A stretch of DNA of 64,000 nt, from assembly GCA_963756875.1 (NCBI GenBank), contig CAVWPA010000003.1:576001-640000 (forward strand), written 5' to 3'. Position 1 is the first letter of the stretch. The number at the start of each line of letters is the position of its first letter. The notes below the pieces were generated by a model. That model ran no database searches. It was given only the letters and a program-made list of their open reading frames with translations, and was not told the origin of the DNA. This stretch comes from an uncultured Verrucomicrobiae bacterium (GTDB taxonomy: Bacteria > Verrucomicrobiota > Verrucomicrobiia > Chthoniobacterales > UBA10450). This document shows positions 49,702-59,563 of the stretch, piece after piece. Both the position numbers and the translations under genes were made by a program.

Positions 49702-50444
49702 TCACCAGGGAATTACTTTTCGATCTCTCCAGAACTTGCCTGTTTCACTCTGCGGTGCTTCGCAAGCCAACCACACGATTCCCGAGGCCCCTTCTGCAAC
49801 CGAACGCGTCGCATTAGCTCCACCCATATCGGTTCTCACCCAGCCGGGACAGACGGAGTTCACCGCGAACTTCGGTAGCGCCGCGGCCAGTTGCGATGTG
49901 ACGCCGTTCAGGGTTGTCTTCGAAATGCAGTAGGCGGGGCCCATCCGTCGGCGCCGTCGGCAAGTTGGCCGCCGCCGCTCGATACATTTACGATCCGCGG
50001 TTGGTCGCTCTTCTCTAGCAACGGCACGAACGCCTGCGCCACCAAAAGCGGCCCCAAGGAGTTTGTCCGCAGCGTCGTTTCAAATGTCTCGGACGAAATC
50101 TTGAGCACCTCTTTATCTTCATCCAGGAGGATGCCGGCATTGTTAACCAACGTGTCGAGATGATCTGCCTGGCGCGCGAATTCTTCCGCTGCGCGTTGGA
50201 TACTGTCGATGTCGGTGATGTCGATCTGTAAGAAGGTAACAGTACCGTCGTTTTTTTCTTCAATCGCCCGGCCGGCTTCGGCCTCGCCTTCCTTTCGAAG
50301 TTTCTCCGCAGCCGCCAGTCCGGCATCGGACTTGCGCGCGCCGATGAAGACGTGGAAATTTCGCCGCGCGAGCTGGCGGGCGACTTCAAAGCCGATCCCT
50401 TTGTTGGCGCCGGTGACCAGCGCGATGCGTTGATTTCTGTTCAT
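49702..50444 (-). CDS. SDR family oxidoreductase (carbonyl reductase-like), frameshift at ~49935
   Basis: IALVTGANKGIG, LVNNAGI, IVNVSSG; YCISK (YxxxK) and VCPGWVRTDMGG in the second frame. Confidence 0.87.
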
Positions 50445-50564
50445 CTGGAAACTTACCGCAGGTTACGCGGATGAAAACGGATGCTGTTCGTCACGTTGTT
50501 GCAGCTTAAAGTTCGTGATCGCGAGGGCGCGATCACCAGCACGCGAGGCGCGTGCGCTCCCCGG

Positions 50565-50621
50565 CCCGATCCCTTTATTTGCGCCGGTGACGAGCGCGAT
50601 CCTTCTTTTCGTATGGTTCAT
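50565..50621 (-). pseudogene. 19-codon remnant of a second SDR 5' end
   Basis: Encodes MNHTKRRIALVTGANKGIG, then runs into a REP-like palindrome. Confidence 0.75.
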
Positions 50622-50629
50622 AATAGCAA

Positions 50630-51060
50630 TGCTGGATACTGGATTCTAGATGCTGGATACCTGATTGGGAAACGAGGATCGCAGGGCAAGGGGCGGCGCG
50701 ACGCGCCGTTATCAGTTAATTGTTATTGGTTGTCAGGGAAGGACGAAGGATGGAGCAAAAGCAAACGCCGAACGCTCAACGCCGAACGCCCAACGTCGAA
50801 GTCAGAAGTCGGAAGTCAGAGGAAGCGAAGAGCCAAGAGGTAAGGGCAAAGGGGTAAGGGCTAAGCGGACGGAGCAGAAGGCGGACGGGGAAAACGCCGA
50901 ACGCCCAACGTCGAACGCCGAATGTCGAAGTCAGAAGTCGGAAGTCAGGGGAGGCGAAGAGGTAAGGGCGAAGGGGTAAGGGCAAAGAGGTAAGGGCTAA
51001 GGGTGGCGCACCCGACACGTCTGCCGCTACAGAAGGCAGAAAACGCCGAACGCCGAAAGC
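50630..51060. repeat. Mosaic of heptamer arrays (GCTGGAT, AACGCCG, AGTCAGA, GGGCAAG families)
   Basis: The module AACGCCG-array/AGTCAGA-array/GGTAAGG-array occurs twice in tandem (~50762-50866 and ~50891-51002). Confidence 0.85.
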
Positions 51061-51235
51061 TTTCGCCCGCCCGTTATCGGCGGTGGTTTTGCAAGCGCGC
51101 CAAGAGACGCTCAGGAATAGGCAATTTTTGCAAAGCCGCACACCGTTTGCGCTGCTTAGATTAGAGGTAACAAAAACTCGAAAGCCGCTTTATCACATGC
51201 CTAAAGCTTAATATTTTCTTTCGGTAGCTTTTTGG

Positions 51236-51265
51236 AGCGGGGTCAGCACGCTGGCCCCGCTTTTT
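51236..51265 (+). terminator. Intrinsic terminator-like hairpin on the + strand
   Basis: AGCGGGGTCAGCACGCTGGCCCCGC folds into a GC-rich stem and is followed by TTTTT. Confidence 0.65.
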
Positions 51266-51584
51266 CGTACGGGAATCCGGTGGAAGCTGCCAGCTTCCCG
51301 GGATCCGGACTCAATAAATGGTCGGGGCGTGGAGGGGCACGGAAAGCGAAGGGCCAAGAGCCAAGAGCCGAGAGGTAAGGGCAAAGGGAACGGACGTCAG
51401 AGGTCTTCGGCAGGGGCGCCGAAGGTCCGAGCCGGAAGGGCATCTCGGCAGGCTGCCGAGCTCAACAGGCTGGCAGCCTGTGCTCCCCAGAGCGGAGATC
51501 GGAGATCATGATCACGAGCATGAGCATGAGCATGAGTAAGAGAAAGCGGTGGAGCATCTAGCATCGAGTATCCAGCATCCAGAA

Positions 51585-52640
51585 TCAGCGACCGTATTTC
51601 TGGACCAGGTGGTCGATGTAGGCGCTGTATTTCTCGGCGAGCGGGGCGCTTTCGATGAAGAGAATGTTCTCGGCGTTGAATTCGGCGCTCCGGGAGAAGT
51701 TATAGGAGCCGGTGATCACGGTGTCGTCGATTATCAGAACTTTGTTGTGCATGAAATCGTGGTGCCCGGTCGGCGTGTACGGGGTCGAGTTTTTTCCAAC
51801 CAGGCCCGCGCGCGTGATGATCTCTTTTAACGCGCCGATCTTCCAACGGTTCGACGGCACTTCCTGCCACTGCGGGTACACCTCGGCCATTTGCGTGCGA
51901 TCGTAGATCCCATCAATCGTGACCCGGCCCGCGCGCAACAAATTAAGCAGCCCGCCGATGAGCGTGCCGGAGTTGATTAACAAGCTACAGATGCGGACAC
52001 GATGCTGTGCCGCCCGAACGCGTTTCGAGATTTCGGTATCGATTTCGTACCCGCAGCCCGGCGAAAACATGACGCGCGTTTCGGCCGGTTGACCGGAATA
52101 GATCAGCGACACGGGCTCGGTATGAATCTGGCCGGTGTTATCGAAGTTTTCTTTTTCCCAAAGCTCTTCGAACTCTTCCGCGTAGTAACCGGCCAGCGGC
52201 GCTGAATCGATCTCGACGATGTTGTTCTCCATCAGAGTAAATGCGTCGTCGGTCATGTTGGTCGAGCCGGTCCAGATCGATTGGCGATCGCGCAGGATGA
52301 ATTTGCTGTGCATCAGTTTCATGCCGGCAATGGGACGCGAGGGATAGCCCAACGATTGGACAAAGGCGCTGGTGCCGGACGGGGCCGGGTCCTGACCGCC
52401 GGCGACATTTGGTTGAATCGGTTTGTCGCCGTCGTAGCAGAAACGGATCCGCACGCCGGCGTCCGCGCGTTCGCGCAACGCGGAGCTTAACGATGTTTTC
52501 AACGGATCGCTGAACCGCATGTCGTAAACGGCAATATCGAGAGATTCTTTCGCGGCGCGTATAAACGCGGTCAGCCGCGCCATGATGGCGTCGGCGGATT
52601 GTTCGCCCTGAGCGAGAAAGAAAACCGAAAGAGTATCCAC
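51585..52640 (-). CDS. Phospholipase D superfamily protein (two HKD motifs)
   Basis: MHSKFILRD..WTGSTN and MHNKVLIID..TGSYN..NAEN. Confidence 0.9.
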   Translation of the reverse strand: MDTLSVFFLAQGEQSADAIMARLTAFIRAAKESLDIAVYDMRFSDPLKTSLSSALRERADAGVRIRFCYDGDKPIQPNVAGGQDPAPSGTSAFVQSLGYPSRPIAGMKLMHSKFILRDRQSIWTGSTNMTDDAFTLMENNIVEIDSAPLAGYYAEEFEELWEKENFDNTGQIHTEPVSLIYSGQPAETRVMFSPGCGYEIDTEISKRVRAAQHRVRICSLLINSGTLIGGLLNLLRAGRVTIDGIYDRTQMAEVYPQWQEVPSNRWKIGALKEIITRAGLVGKNSTPYTPTGHHDFMHNKVLIIDDTVITGSYNFSRSAEFNAENILFIESAPLAEKYSAYIDHLVQKYGR

Positions 52641-52734
52641 GGGGGAAAGCAGAAATCAGAAAGGGCGAAGAGCAAAGTGGTAAGAGGTAAGGGCAGGGAG
52701 GACGGAAGCCAGATTTCGGAGTTCGGGCAAAGCG

Positions 52735-52824
52735 TGAATCTTACACGTTCACTTTCACTTACTCCGCTTTATTTGTGTTTCCACGGACCTACGAAAGTGC
52801 ATGTGAAAGTGAAAGAGCATGATT
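52735..52824. repeat. ~90-bp dispersed hairpin element (inverted copy of 27407-27496)
   Basis: TGAATCTTACACGTTCACTTTCACTTACTC...GTGCATGTGAAAGTGAAAGAGCATGATT. Confidence 0.85.
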
Positions 52825-52934
52825 GAAGAGGACAGAGGACAGAGGACAGAAAACGCCGAACGCTCAACGCCGAACGTCCAACGCCGAACAGCGAATAACT
52901 GACAACAGATAACGCCAGGTGAGCTGGCGGCCGA

Positions 52935-53300
52935 TCAGTTCCTTGCGGACTCGGCGGCGGATTTGGCCAGGACCTTCTGGCTCCAGTCTGCGCGCAAGAC
53001 TTTCATCTCTGCGTTGAGCGCGTTCATTCGCGCCGTAACGCCTTTGTATTTTTTGGTGACACCCAAGACCGTTCTGGTGACCGCGCCCTGACTGACGAGG
53101 CTCTGGAGTTTTTCATACGTGCGCAGGCGCAGCATCTCTTCCCCGCCGCTGGCGGCATTCCGTTCCCGGAGATTGAGGAGGATGATGTCGAACAAGCCTT
53201 TGAATTCGAACGAGGCCCTGGAAGAGAGGACGGCTACCAACTCTTCGGTGATGTTGTCGGGCATCCGACGTGAAAAGGAGACGCGAGAAGACTTGGACAT
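52935..53300 (-). CDS. Hypothetical protein (121 aa, possibly winged-helix-like)
   Basis: Clean ATG ORF with SGGEEMLRLRTYEKLQSLVSQGAV...KKYKG. Confidence 0.7.
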   Translation of the reverse strand: MSKSSRVSFSRRMPDNITEELVAVLSSRASFEFKGLFDIILLNLRERNAASGGEEMLRLRTYEKLQSLVSQGAVTRTVLGVTKKYKGVTARMNALNAEMKVLRADWSQKVLAKSAAESARN

Positions 53301-53345
53301 TTCATACTATAGCCGAGATTTGGGAAATTGCGAGCGAGGGCGGGG

Positions 53346-53467
53346 AAGGGCCAAGGGCCAAGGGCCAAGAGGTAAGGGGCAAGGGCTAAGGGCTAAGGGC
53401 TAAGGGCCAAGGGCTAAGGGGCAAGGGCAAGGAACAGAGAACAGAGAACAGAGAACAGAGAACAGAG
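53346..53467. repeat. Abutting heptamer arrays (AAGGGCY)n and (AGAACAG)x5
   Basis: Read directly from the sequence. Confidence 0.92.
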
Positions 53468-53473
53468 AAATGG

Positions 53474-54862
53474 TCACGCTTCATCCGCGATGACGAAGAA
53501 GCCGGTTTCGCCGCCGCCGGATGTGACGTTGACGATCGGTGAATCGGAGAGGCGAACCATGGCGCCGCAAACTGTTCCCCGAAAGAGGAAGGGGTTGGTG
53601 TCCACGAACATCGGCCGCAGGCTCCAGTCGGTTTCACTGAAGACGGGAAAGTGTTCCGGCTGCAGATCGATTGCGTCCTGCACGATGTAATCGGCGGAAA
53701 GCGCGGCGGCGATGGCGTCGTCCCACGCACGCTGGTCCAGTCGCGTCCCAATGTGCACGCCGTGGCCGCCGTAATCGTCGTTCGGCTTGAGCACAAGACT
53801 TTCCCGGTTTTTGCGAATGAACTGGAGCAGCTCGATGGAACGTCCGTTGCGTGTGGTGCGCCGGTCTCTCACCCGCCGCGTCCACGGCACGCAACGCCGG
53901 ATTGCTTCGTTCTCGCTTTGTGTGAACCAGTGTTGGTTTTCTTCATCCGTCAGGATTTCGAAGCTGGCCTTCTTGTGCATGATCTTGCACCGGAACGGAT
54001 TCACGAGGCAGACATCGTGATTCATGTAAGCGCGGAGGAGCGGGTGCTTCTCATCGAACCGGCTGAGGAATTCGTGGATGAGGACTCGTTTGTAAACGAG
54101 ATTTATTTCAAAGTCACCAGATCGCAGCTTCCCGTCCCGGTAATCAAGGTCGTCCGGCGAACAGATCAGCGTGCGAACGCCGCGCGCGGCGAAATGATCT
54201 CGCAACAGAACAAATTCGTTCGAAGTCGGGAGATTTTTCCAATCGAGAATGGCAATATTCGGCGCATCGCTAATGCCGCTCCATTCGGCGTAAGTCGCCA
54301 GCAGGGTTTCGAGTAATCGGTCGACGGCGGAGAACTGCCGCAGGCGGTACCGTTCTGCAAGCATCGTCATTGCCGGAAGCCCAAACAGAAGGCGATTCAG
54401 GCCTTCCTGGTCCGAAAGACTGGAAGGGTTTTCCGCGTTGTATTCAACGAACTTGATTTCGTCTCCGTGCACAAAACTGTCGAGGCGCGTTGTAATAGCG
54501 GCGCTTGAAAATCCCGGATCGACCAGCGCGAGTTTGATTTCGGTATCGGTGAGACCAAGCCGAGTCATCAATTCCGGAGATTGCACCGCCGCCGCGGCGA
54601 TTTTTTCCTGGGCGCTGACAATCGACTCCGCACTTTGGGTCAGCGAATGAAATTGCGTTTCGTCGAGCAGGTGTGGTCTTAGGGCAACGCCAATCGGCCG
54701 TTCGCCGTAAACGAGGCGGTTTGCGCGCATGGCATCGCGCAGCTTTTCGAAGACTTCGGCCGACAGCGCTTGATCTGCCGCGAGTAATTCGTGGTATTCG
54801 TCGATGGCCCTTTTCCGCAGCGGCTGGCCGGATGATTTGCGCTTTTTCAGGAAAGTTTTCAT
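53474..54862 (-). CDS. Circularly permuted ATP-grasp (type 2) peptide-ligase-like protein
   Basis: RLDSF..IKFVEYNAENPS, VYKR, VLKPNDDYGGHGV, YIVQD, VNVTSGGG. Confidence 0.85.
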   Translation of the reverse strand: MKTFLKKRKSSGQPLRKRAIDEYHELLAADQALSAEVFEKLRDAMRANRLVYGERPIGVALRPHLLDETQFHSLTQSAESIVSAQEKIAAAAVQSPELMTRLGLTDTEIKLALVDPGFSSAAITTRLDSFVHGDEIKFVEYNAENPSSLSDQEGLNRLLFGLPAMTMLAERYRLRQFSAVDRLLETLLATYAEWSGISDAPNIAILDWKNLPTSNEFVLLRDHFAARGVRTLICSPDDLDYRDGKLRSGDFEINLVYKRVLIHEFLSRFDEKHPLLRAYMNHDVCLVNPFRCKIMHKKASFEILTDEENQHWFTQSENEAIRRCVPWTRRVRDRRTTRNGRSIELLQFIRKNRESLVLKPNDDYGGHGVHIGTRLDQRAWDDAIAAALSADYIVQDAIDLQPEHFPVFSETDWSLRPMFVDTNPFLFRGTVCGAMVRLSDSPIVNVTSGGGETGFFVIADEA

Positions 54863-55100
54863 CCTTGAATCGGAAGTCTAAATTCCGCCAGGGGCGGGAG
54901 ACAAGGCCGGAGGGGGAGGCGGGAAACGGCGATACTAGATACTAGATTCTGGATGCTGGATGCTGGGGGACGCATCATTAATCTTACACATTCACTTACT
55001 CTTGCTCTGATCGAGGAGAGGTGCATGTGCAAGTGAAAGAGCAGGATTAAAGTTCAGAGCCGGAGGACAGACGCCGCAGCGCGGCTTCCCTACCTCCTGT

Positions 55101-55670
55101 TCAGGCTTTTTCGTAGATTCCGACAAAAACGGTTTTCCAGGTGCGACCGTTGTCGGATGAGATGTCCCATTGCTGTTTGACTTTTCCGTCCGGCAACGGT
55201 GTCCAGGTAACGCGATTCAGTTGCGTTTCCTTTGCGGTTTTGGTCACGCCGCTCAAGACCATGGCTTTGCCTTCCAGGCCGCCCTGCAAATGGAGGATCG
55301 TTCCGTCACCGCCGACCCAATCCTGGTGCCATTTTTTGTCGGCGGGATCGTAGTAATTGATGCTCATGCCGGTCTTCCCGTGCGCGGATTTCCATTGTTC
55401 GCGGATGGCGCAGCCTTCGGATGCGCGGCTGATTTCGCTGGTGCCGACTTGTTTGCCCTTGGGGCCGATAACGTTCCAATGGCCTAACCAAAAGTCGAAC
55501 TGCCGAAATTCAGGCGCCGTGCACGCCGGTGGTGGAGGAGAAGCGCTTGGAGTGTTGTTGTTGTCCGGCTTCGGTGCGGGTGTCGGTGAAGCGGCCCAGG
55601 ACAAGGGGATTAATGCGAATGCGGCAATGATCAGCGCGGTGATTTTCGTGAAGGGAGTCAATCGGTGCAT
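55101..55670 (-). CDS. Secreted beta-barrel hypothetical protein (DUF1579-like)
   Basis: Signal peptide, Pro linker, EFRQFDFWLGHW, YYDPADKKWHQDWV, SSDNGRTW. Confidence 0.75.
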   Translation of the reverse strand: MHRLTPFTKITALIIAAFALIPLSWAASPTPAPKPDNNNTPSASPPPPACTAPEFRQFDFWLGHWNVIGPKGKQVGTSEISRASEGCAIREQWKSAHGKTGMSINYYDPADKKWHQDWVGGDGTILHLQGGLEGKAMVLSGVTKTAKETQLNRVTWTPLPDGKVKQQWDISSDNGRTWKTVFVGIYEKA

Positions 55671-56046
55671 GTCTAAACACTTATCATAAAAAACTTGTGT
55701 GTGCCGAGGCACCTTGGCCGCCGGAGGTCGAAGGGCAGAGGTCGGCGTCTACAGCCATCAGGGGGAAAGAGGCCAGGGGTAAGAGCGGCCCGGCGACTGA
55801 GCGCCGTGGCTACAAGACTTGGAGTTTGAGGTTTGAAGTTTCCCCGGGGTTTGGATCTTTGGAACTTGGGATTTTACGTCGGCTCCCGCCGCGGCCGGCA
55901 GGCTGTAGGGTCTCGCCCCACCGGTGAAGAGTCAGTGCGCGGGGATGCTTGCTTTAGATCGGGTTTGTCTCCTATTCTCCAATACCTTCGGGCGATCGAC
56001 TACCCCGCCACGAGGAACTTGTCCGAGAATTCCAAAGGCACTGTTG

Positions 56047-57846
56047 ATGGCGGAACCCGATAGTAAGAAACAATCGAAGCCGGGACGACCGATCGGCCCA
56101 TTCAGGCTGTGGTTATTGGCCGTTGTGGTCGGGATTGTGTCGGGCCTTGGTGCCGCGGCTTTTAGGGGACTGATCGCGCTGTTTCATAACCTGTTTTTCC
56201 TCGGAAAGCTGTCGATCTTCTATGACGCCAATGCGCACACGGCGGCCGGCCCGTGGGGTGCATGGATCATTGCGGCACCGATTGTTGGCGCGCTTGGCGT
56301 TGCGTTTCTCGTACAGACATTCGCCCCGGAGGCCAAAGGCCATGGCGTCCCGGAAGTGATGGACGCCATCTATTATAGCAAGGGAATTATCCGGCCCGTG
56401 GTCGCTGTGATCAAAGCACTGGCCTCGGCGATTTCCATCGGCACCGGCGGGTCGGTGGGACGCGAAGGTCCGATCATCCAGATCGCTTCGGCGTTTGGGT
56501 CCACGATTGGGCAATGGCTGCGGATCCCTGCCTGGCAGCGGGTGACGTTGATCGCTGCTGGAGCGGGCGGTGGGATTGCCGCGACGTTCAACACGCCGAT
56601 CGGCGGAATTCTGTTCGCGGCGGAAATCATGTTACACGAAGTCAGCGTCTGGACGCTGGTGCCTGTGGCGATCTCCACGGCAACCGCGACTTACGTGGGT
56701 CGTCTGTTTTTCGGCGCTAATCCTTCGTTCGTAATTCCGGCGTTTCAGGAATCGTTTTATCACGCGACCAATCCCATAGTGCTCCTTTCGTATGTGGGTC
56801 TGGCAGCTCTGGTGGGTTGCGCCGCGGCATTGTTCATCAAGTCGATTTACGCGTTTGAGGATTTTTTCGAGCAGAAGATCCGCGGGAGCTATTACGTTCG
56901 CCATGCGTTGGGAATGGCTCTCGTGGGCGTGATGATGTATCTCCTGATGCAACGCTGGGGGCATTACTATATTCAAGGGATCGGTTACTCGACAGTGCAG
57001 GATATTCTGTCGGGTGTGCTGGCGGCGTCTTTGCCGCTGGCGCTGCTGTTCGTATTGAAGCTGGTGGCCACGTCGCTGACGCTGGGTTCCGGCGGATCGG
57101 GCGGTATTTTTTCTCCGTCGTTATATCTGGGAGCGACCCTGGGGGCGACGTATGGCACGGTGTTGGGCAAGCTTTTTCCCGGGCTGCTGATTAGCCCGCC
57201 GGCGTTTGCGGTTGCAGGCATGGCGGGAATGGTCGGCGGCGCAACCGGAGCGGCCATCACCGCGATTGTGATGATTTTCGAAATGACCCGCGACTACGGC
57301 GTGATCGTACCGATGACCATTACCGTGGCGATCAGTTATGGAGTGCGGAAGGTCCTGCTGAAGGAGAGCATCTACACGTTAAAGCTGTCGCGACGCGGTC
57401 ATTACATGCCCGAGGCGCTCCAGACGAATTTTCAACACATGCGACTGGCGAGAGACTTGAAGAACAACGTGGTGGCGCTTGTGCCGGCGACCTCAACTTT
57501 AGACCAGTTGCGACAAAAACTGGCCGAGCCGGGCGCGATTCCGTTGTTCGTCATTGAAGACGACGGCAAGGTCCGGGGAGTGCTGACCGAAGAGATGGCT
57601 TACCGGGCGATGCGCAATCAGCCGCAAACGGCGACATTGGGCGACGTGGCAAACACGAATTACGACGTGATCAGCGAAAACACCACGTTGTTCGAAATTG
57701 TCACCCGAATGCACACCAACCGGACGGATGTTTTCCTGGTCTCCGCGAATTTGGCGGTAAATTCCGCCAGGGAAATCGGCGGCTGGATTTCCAAGGACCG
57801 AATCGCGCATTCGATGGCCGAGGGGATCGGATTATTCACGGATTAA
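56047..57846 (+). CDS. ClC-family chloride channel / H+-Cl- exchanger with CBS-like C-terminus
   Basis: GHGVPEV, GGSVGREGP (gating Glu), FNTPIGG, GGSGGIFSP, IFEMT, SIYT. Confidence 0.93.
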   Translation: MAEPDSKKQSKPGRPIGPFRLWLLAVVVGIVSGLGAAAFRGLIALFHNLFFLGKLSIFYDANAHTAAGPWGAWIIAAPIVGALGVAFLVQTFAPEAKGHGVPEVMDAIYYSKGIIRPVVAVIKALASAISIGTGGSVGREGPIIQIASAFGSTIGQWLRIPAWQRVTLIAAGAGGGIAATFNTPIGGILFAAEIMLHEVSVWTLVPVAISTATATYVGRLFFGANPSFVIPAFQESFYHATNPIVLLSYVGLAALVGCAAALFIKSIYAFEDFFEQKIRGSYYVRHALGMALVGVMMYLLMQRWGHYYIQGIGYSTVQDILSGVLAASLPLALLFVLKLVATSLTLGSGGSGGIFSPSLYLGATLGATYGTVLGKLFPGLLISPPAFAVAGMAGMVGGATGAAITAIVMIFEMTRDYGVIVPMTITVAISYGVRKVLLKESIYTLKLSRRGHYMPEALQTNFQHMRLARDLKNNVVALVPATSTLDQLRQKLAEPGAIPLFVIEDDGKVRGVLTEEMAYRAMRNQPQTATLGDVANTNYDVISENTTLFEIVTRMHTNRTDVFLVSANLAVNSAREIGGWISKDRIAHSMAEGIGLFTD

Positions 57847-57873
57847 CTTGCCGCTACAGCGCGGATTCTCACC

Positions 57874-58590
57874 TTGCGTGCGACCAAATTTGAGTTTGAA
57901 CGGCGTTTTTGGATCATCTTCGCCATTTACCTGGCAGGATTTTCGCTTTTCGCCTTCGACCACACCGGGTTCGTTGCAGGGCTGCGGCACTTGATCGCGC
58001 CGTCGATTGCTCCGTACACTTTGCAGGCGGCAATGTTCAGCCATGTCGTGATCGGGGTGGGCGCGTTGCTTGTTTTTCTCGCGGCTGCTTTGCGCACCTG
58101 GGGCGCTGCTTATCTGCGCACCGATGTCGTGCACGATAAATCTCAACATTCAGAGGCGCTCGTGGCCGATGGTCCGTTTCGCTATGTCCGAAACCCGCTT
58201 TATTTTGCAAACCTGCCGATGGCCGCCGGGATTGGCGTCCTGGCCAGCCGCCTGGGATGGCTTTTCCTGATAGCGGCGAGCTGGCTTTTCGTTTACCGGC
58301 TGATTTTTCGCGAGGAAGAAGCGCTTCGACAAAGCCAGGGCGAGTGGTATCGCGCCTACCTAAAAGCAGTCCCGCGTTTCTGGCCGTCGGCCTCGCCCTG
58401 CGTTCCGCCGGGGAATCGTTCGCCTTTGTGGGGCCAGGCCGTGGCAGGTGAATCCTTCATCTGGATCTTCGGCATCGCCGAACTCTACGCGGCCATCACT
58501 TTGAACATGAAAATTGCGGGATTCGTGTTCGTTCTGGGATTTGTCGCTCATTTCCTGGTTATCCCTCTTATGCGAAAGAGGAAGCGGTAA
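57874..58590 (+). CDS. Isoprenylcysteine carboxyl methyltransferase / PEMT-family membrane protein
   Basis: LVADGPFRYVRNPLY, REEEAL, Y.AY...VPRFWP. Confidence 0.85.
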   Translation: MRATKFEFERRFWIIFAIYLAGFSLFAFDHTGFVAGLRHLIAPSIAPYTLQAAMFSHVVIGVGALLVFLAAALRTWGAAYLRTDVVHDKSQHSEALVADGPFRYVRNPLYFANLPMAAGIGVLASRLGWLFLIAASWLFVYRLIFREEEALRQSQGEWYRAYLKAVPRFWPSASPCVPPGNRSPLWGQAVAGESFIWIFGIAELYAAITLNMKIAGFVFVLGFVAHFLVIPLMRKRKR

Positions 58591-58686
58591 GAGCAAAGAG
58601 GAAAGGGCCAGGGGCTGGCGGAGCAGGGGTCGGAGGTCAGAAGTCTCTGCTCTGACTTCGATGTTCGACGTTTCTGTACCCGGGAA

Positions 58687-59385
58687 TCACCTGGCTTTCG
58701 CCCGTGTATAATTGATCTCCATTGTCTTCACTTCCTTGCCGCCGTGGTTCTCGTACCACTCCAGCGTGTGATGATCCTTATCGGCGATCTTTAACACTTC
58801 GCGAACTTTCGCGATGATTCCAGGCATCGGTTCGATTTCGGCATCGTAGGTGAATGTCTTTGTCGCCGGGTTGTAGTTGCCTTCCGAAAATTCAATGCCC
58901 GTGCCCATATTGTCGATCCACGCCTCTACGAACCTTTTTTTCACGTTGTCGTAGCCGTCGATCCCCATGCCTTTGAATGGCACCTCTTTCATCTTGCCGT
59001 CCGCGCCGGGCATTTTCATTTTTCCGCTGACGTTGGTGATGAAGTAACGCCCATCCATGATGGGCTTGATCGTCGCGGTGCCGTTTGATTCTTCCGGTTT
59101 GGCATTCGGGTCGTGGCTCATCCAAAATTTGATGGTGTAAATCCAGTTGCCGGCGAGATCTGCGAGCAGCTTGTGATTTTCGTTCAACTTCGACAGGTCC
59201 ATCATTTGCCTCATCATTTCGGCTTCGTTCGGCGTCCCGGCCGGGGCGGCAACCGGGCTGGTGGCGACGATCGGCGAAGTGGCAGCGCCACGCGACGAGT
59301 TCCCCGGACTTGGTTGCTGGGCGAACAAGGAAATGCTGATCGATCCGGCTGCAAAAACAGTCGTTAGGAAAAGGAAAATCTTCAT
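58687..59385 (-). CDS. DUF1579 family secreted protein
   Basis: HKLLADLAGNW, FKGMGIDGYDNVKKRF..WIDNMGTG, KTMEINYTR. Confidence 0.85.
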   Translation of the reverse strand: MKIFLFLTTVFAAGSISISLFAQQPSPGNSSRGAATSPIVATSPVAAPAGTPNEAEMMRQMMDLSKLNENHKLLADLAGNWIYTIKFWMSHDPNAKPEESNGTATIKPIMDGRYFITNVSGKMKMPGADGKMKEVPFKGMGIDGYDNVKKRFVEAWIDNMGTGIEFSEGNYNPATKTFTYDAEIEPMPGIIAKVREVLKIADKDHHTLEWYENHGGKEVKTMEINYTRAKAR

Positions 59386-59563
59386 GGCGCCGATTGTTCT
59401 AAAGAGCAGCAAAAATGGAAGGAGAAAGTGGGAATGGCGTCAACCGATAACCGGTAACTAACAGTCGACCGCGTTGGCGCGGGTCGTCTGCGCAATATGT
59501 GCACAGCAAAACGCAACCGGTGTACATCGACTTCGCATAAGGGCAGCTACGTTCTTGGTAATT

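Noticed and set aside
50630..51060. Repeat cluster as a CRISPR array
   Set aside because: Units are 7-bp tandem arrays without constant 25-45 bp repeats and unique spacers; no cas genes in the window.
51585..52640. PLD protein as part of the defence island
   Set aside because: It is ~4 kb outside the island, beyond housekeeping-type ABC-F and SDR genes, and lacks a helicase or MTase partner.
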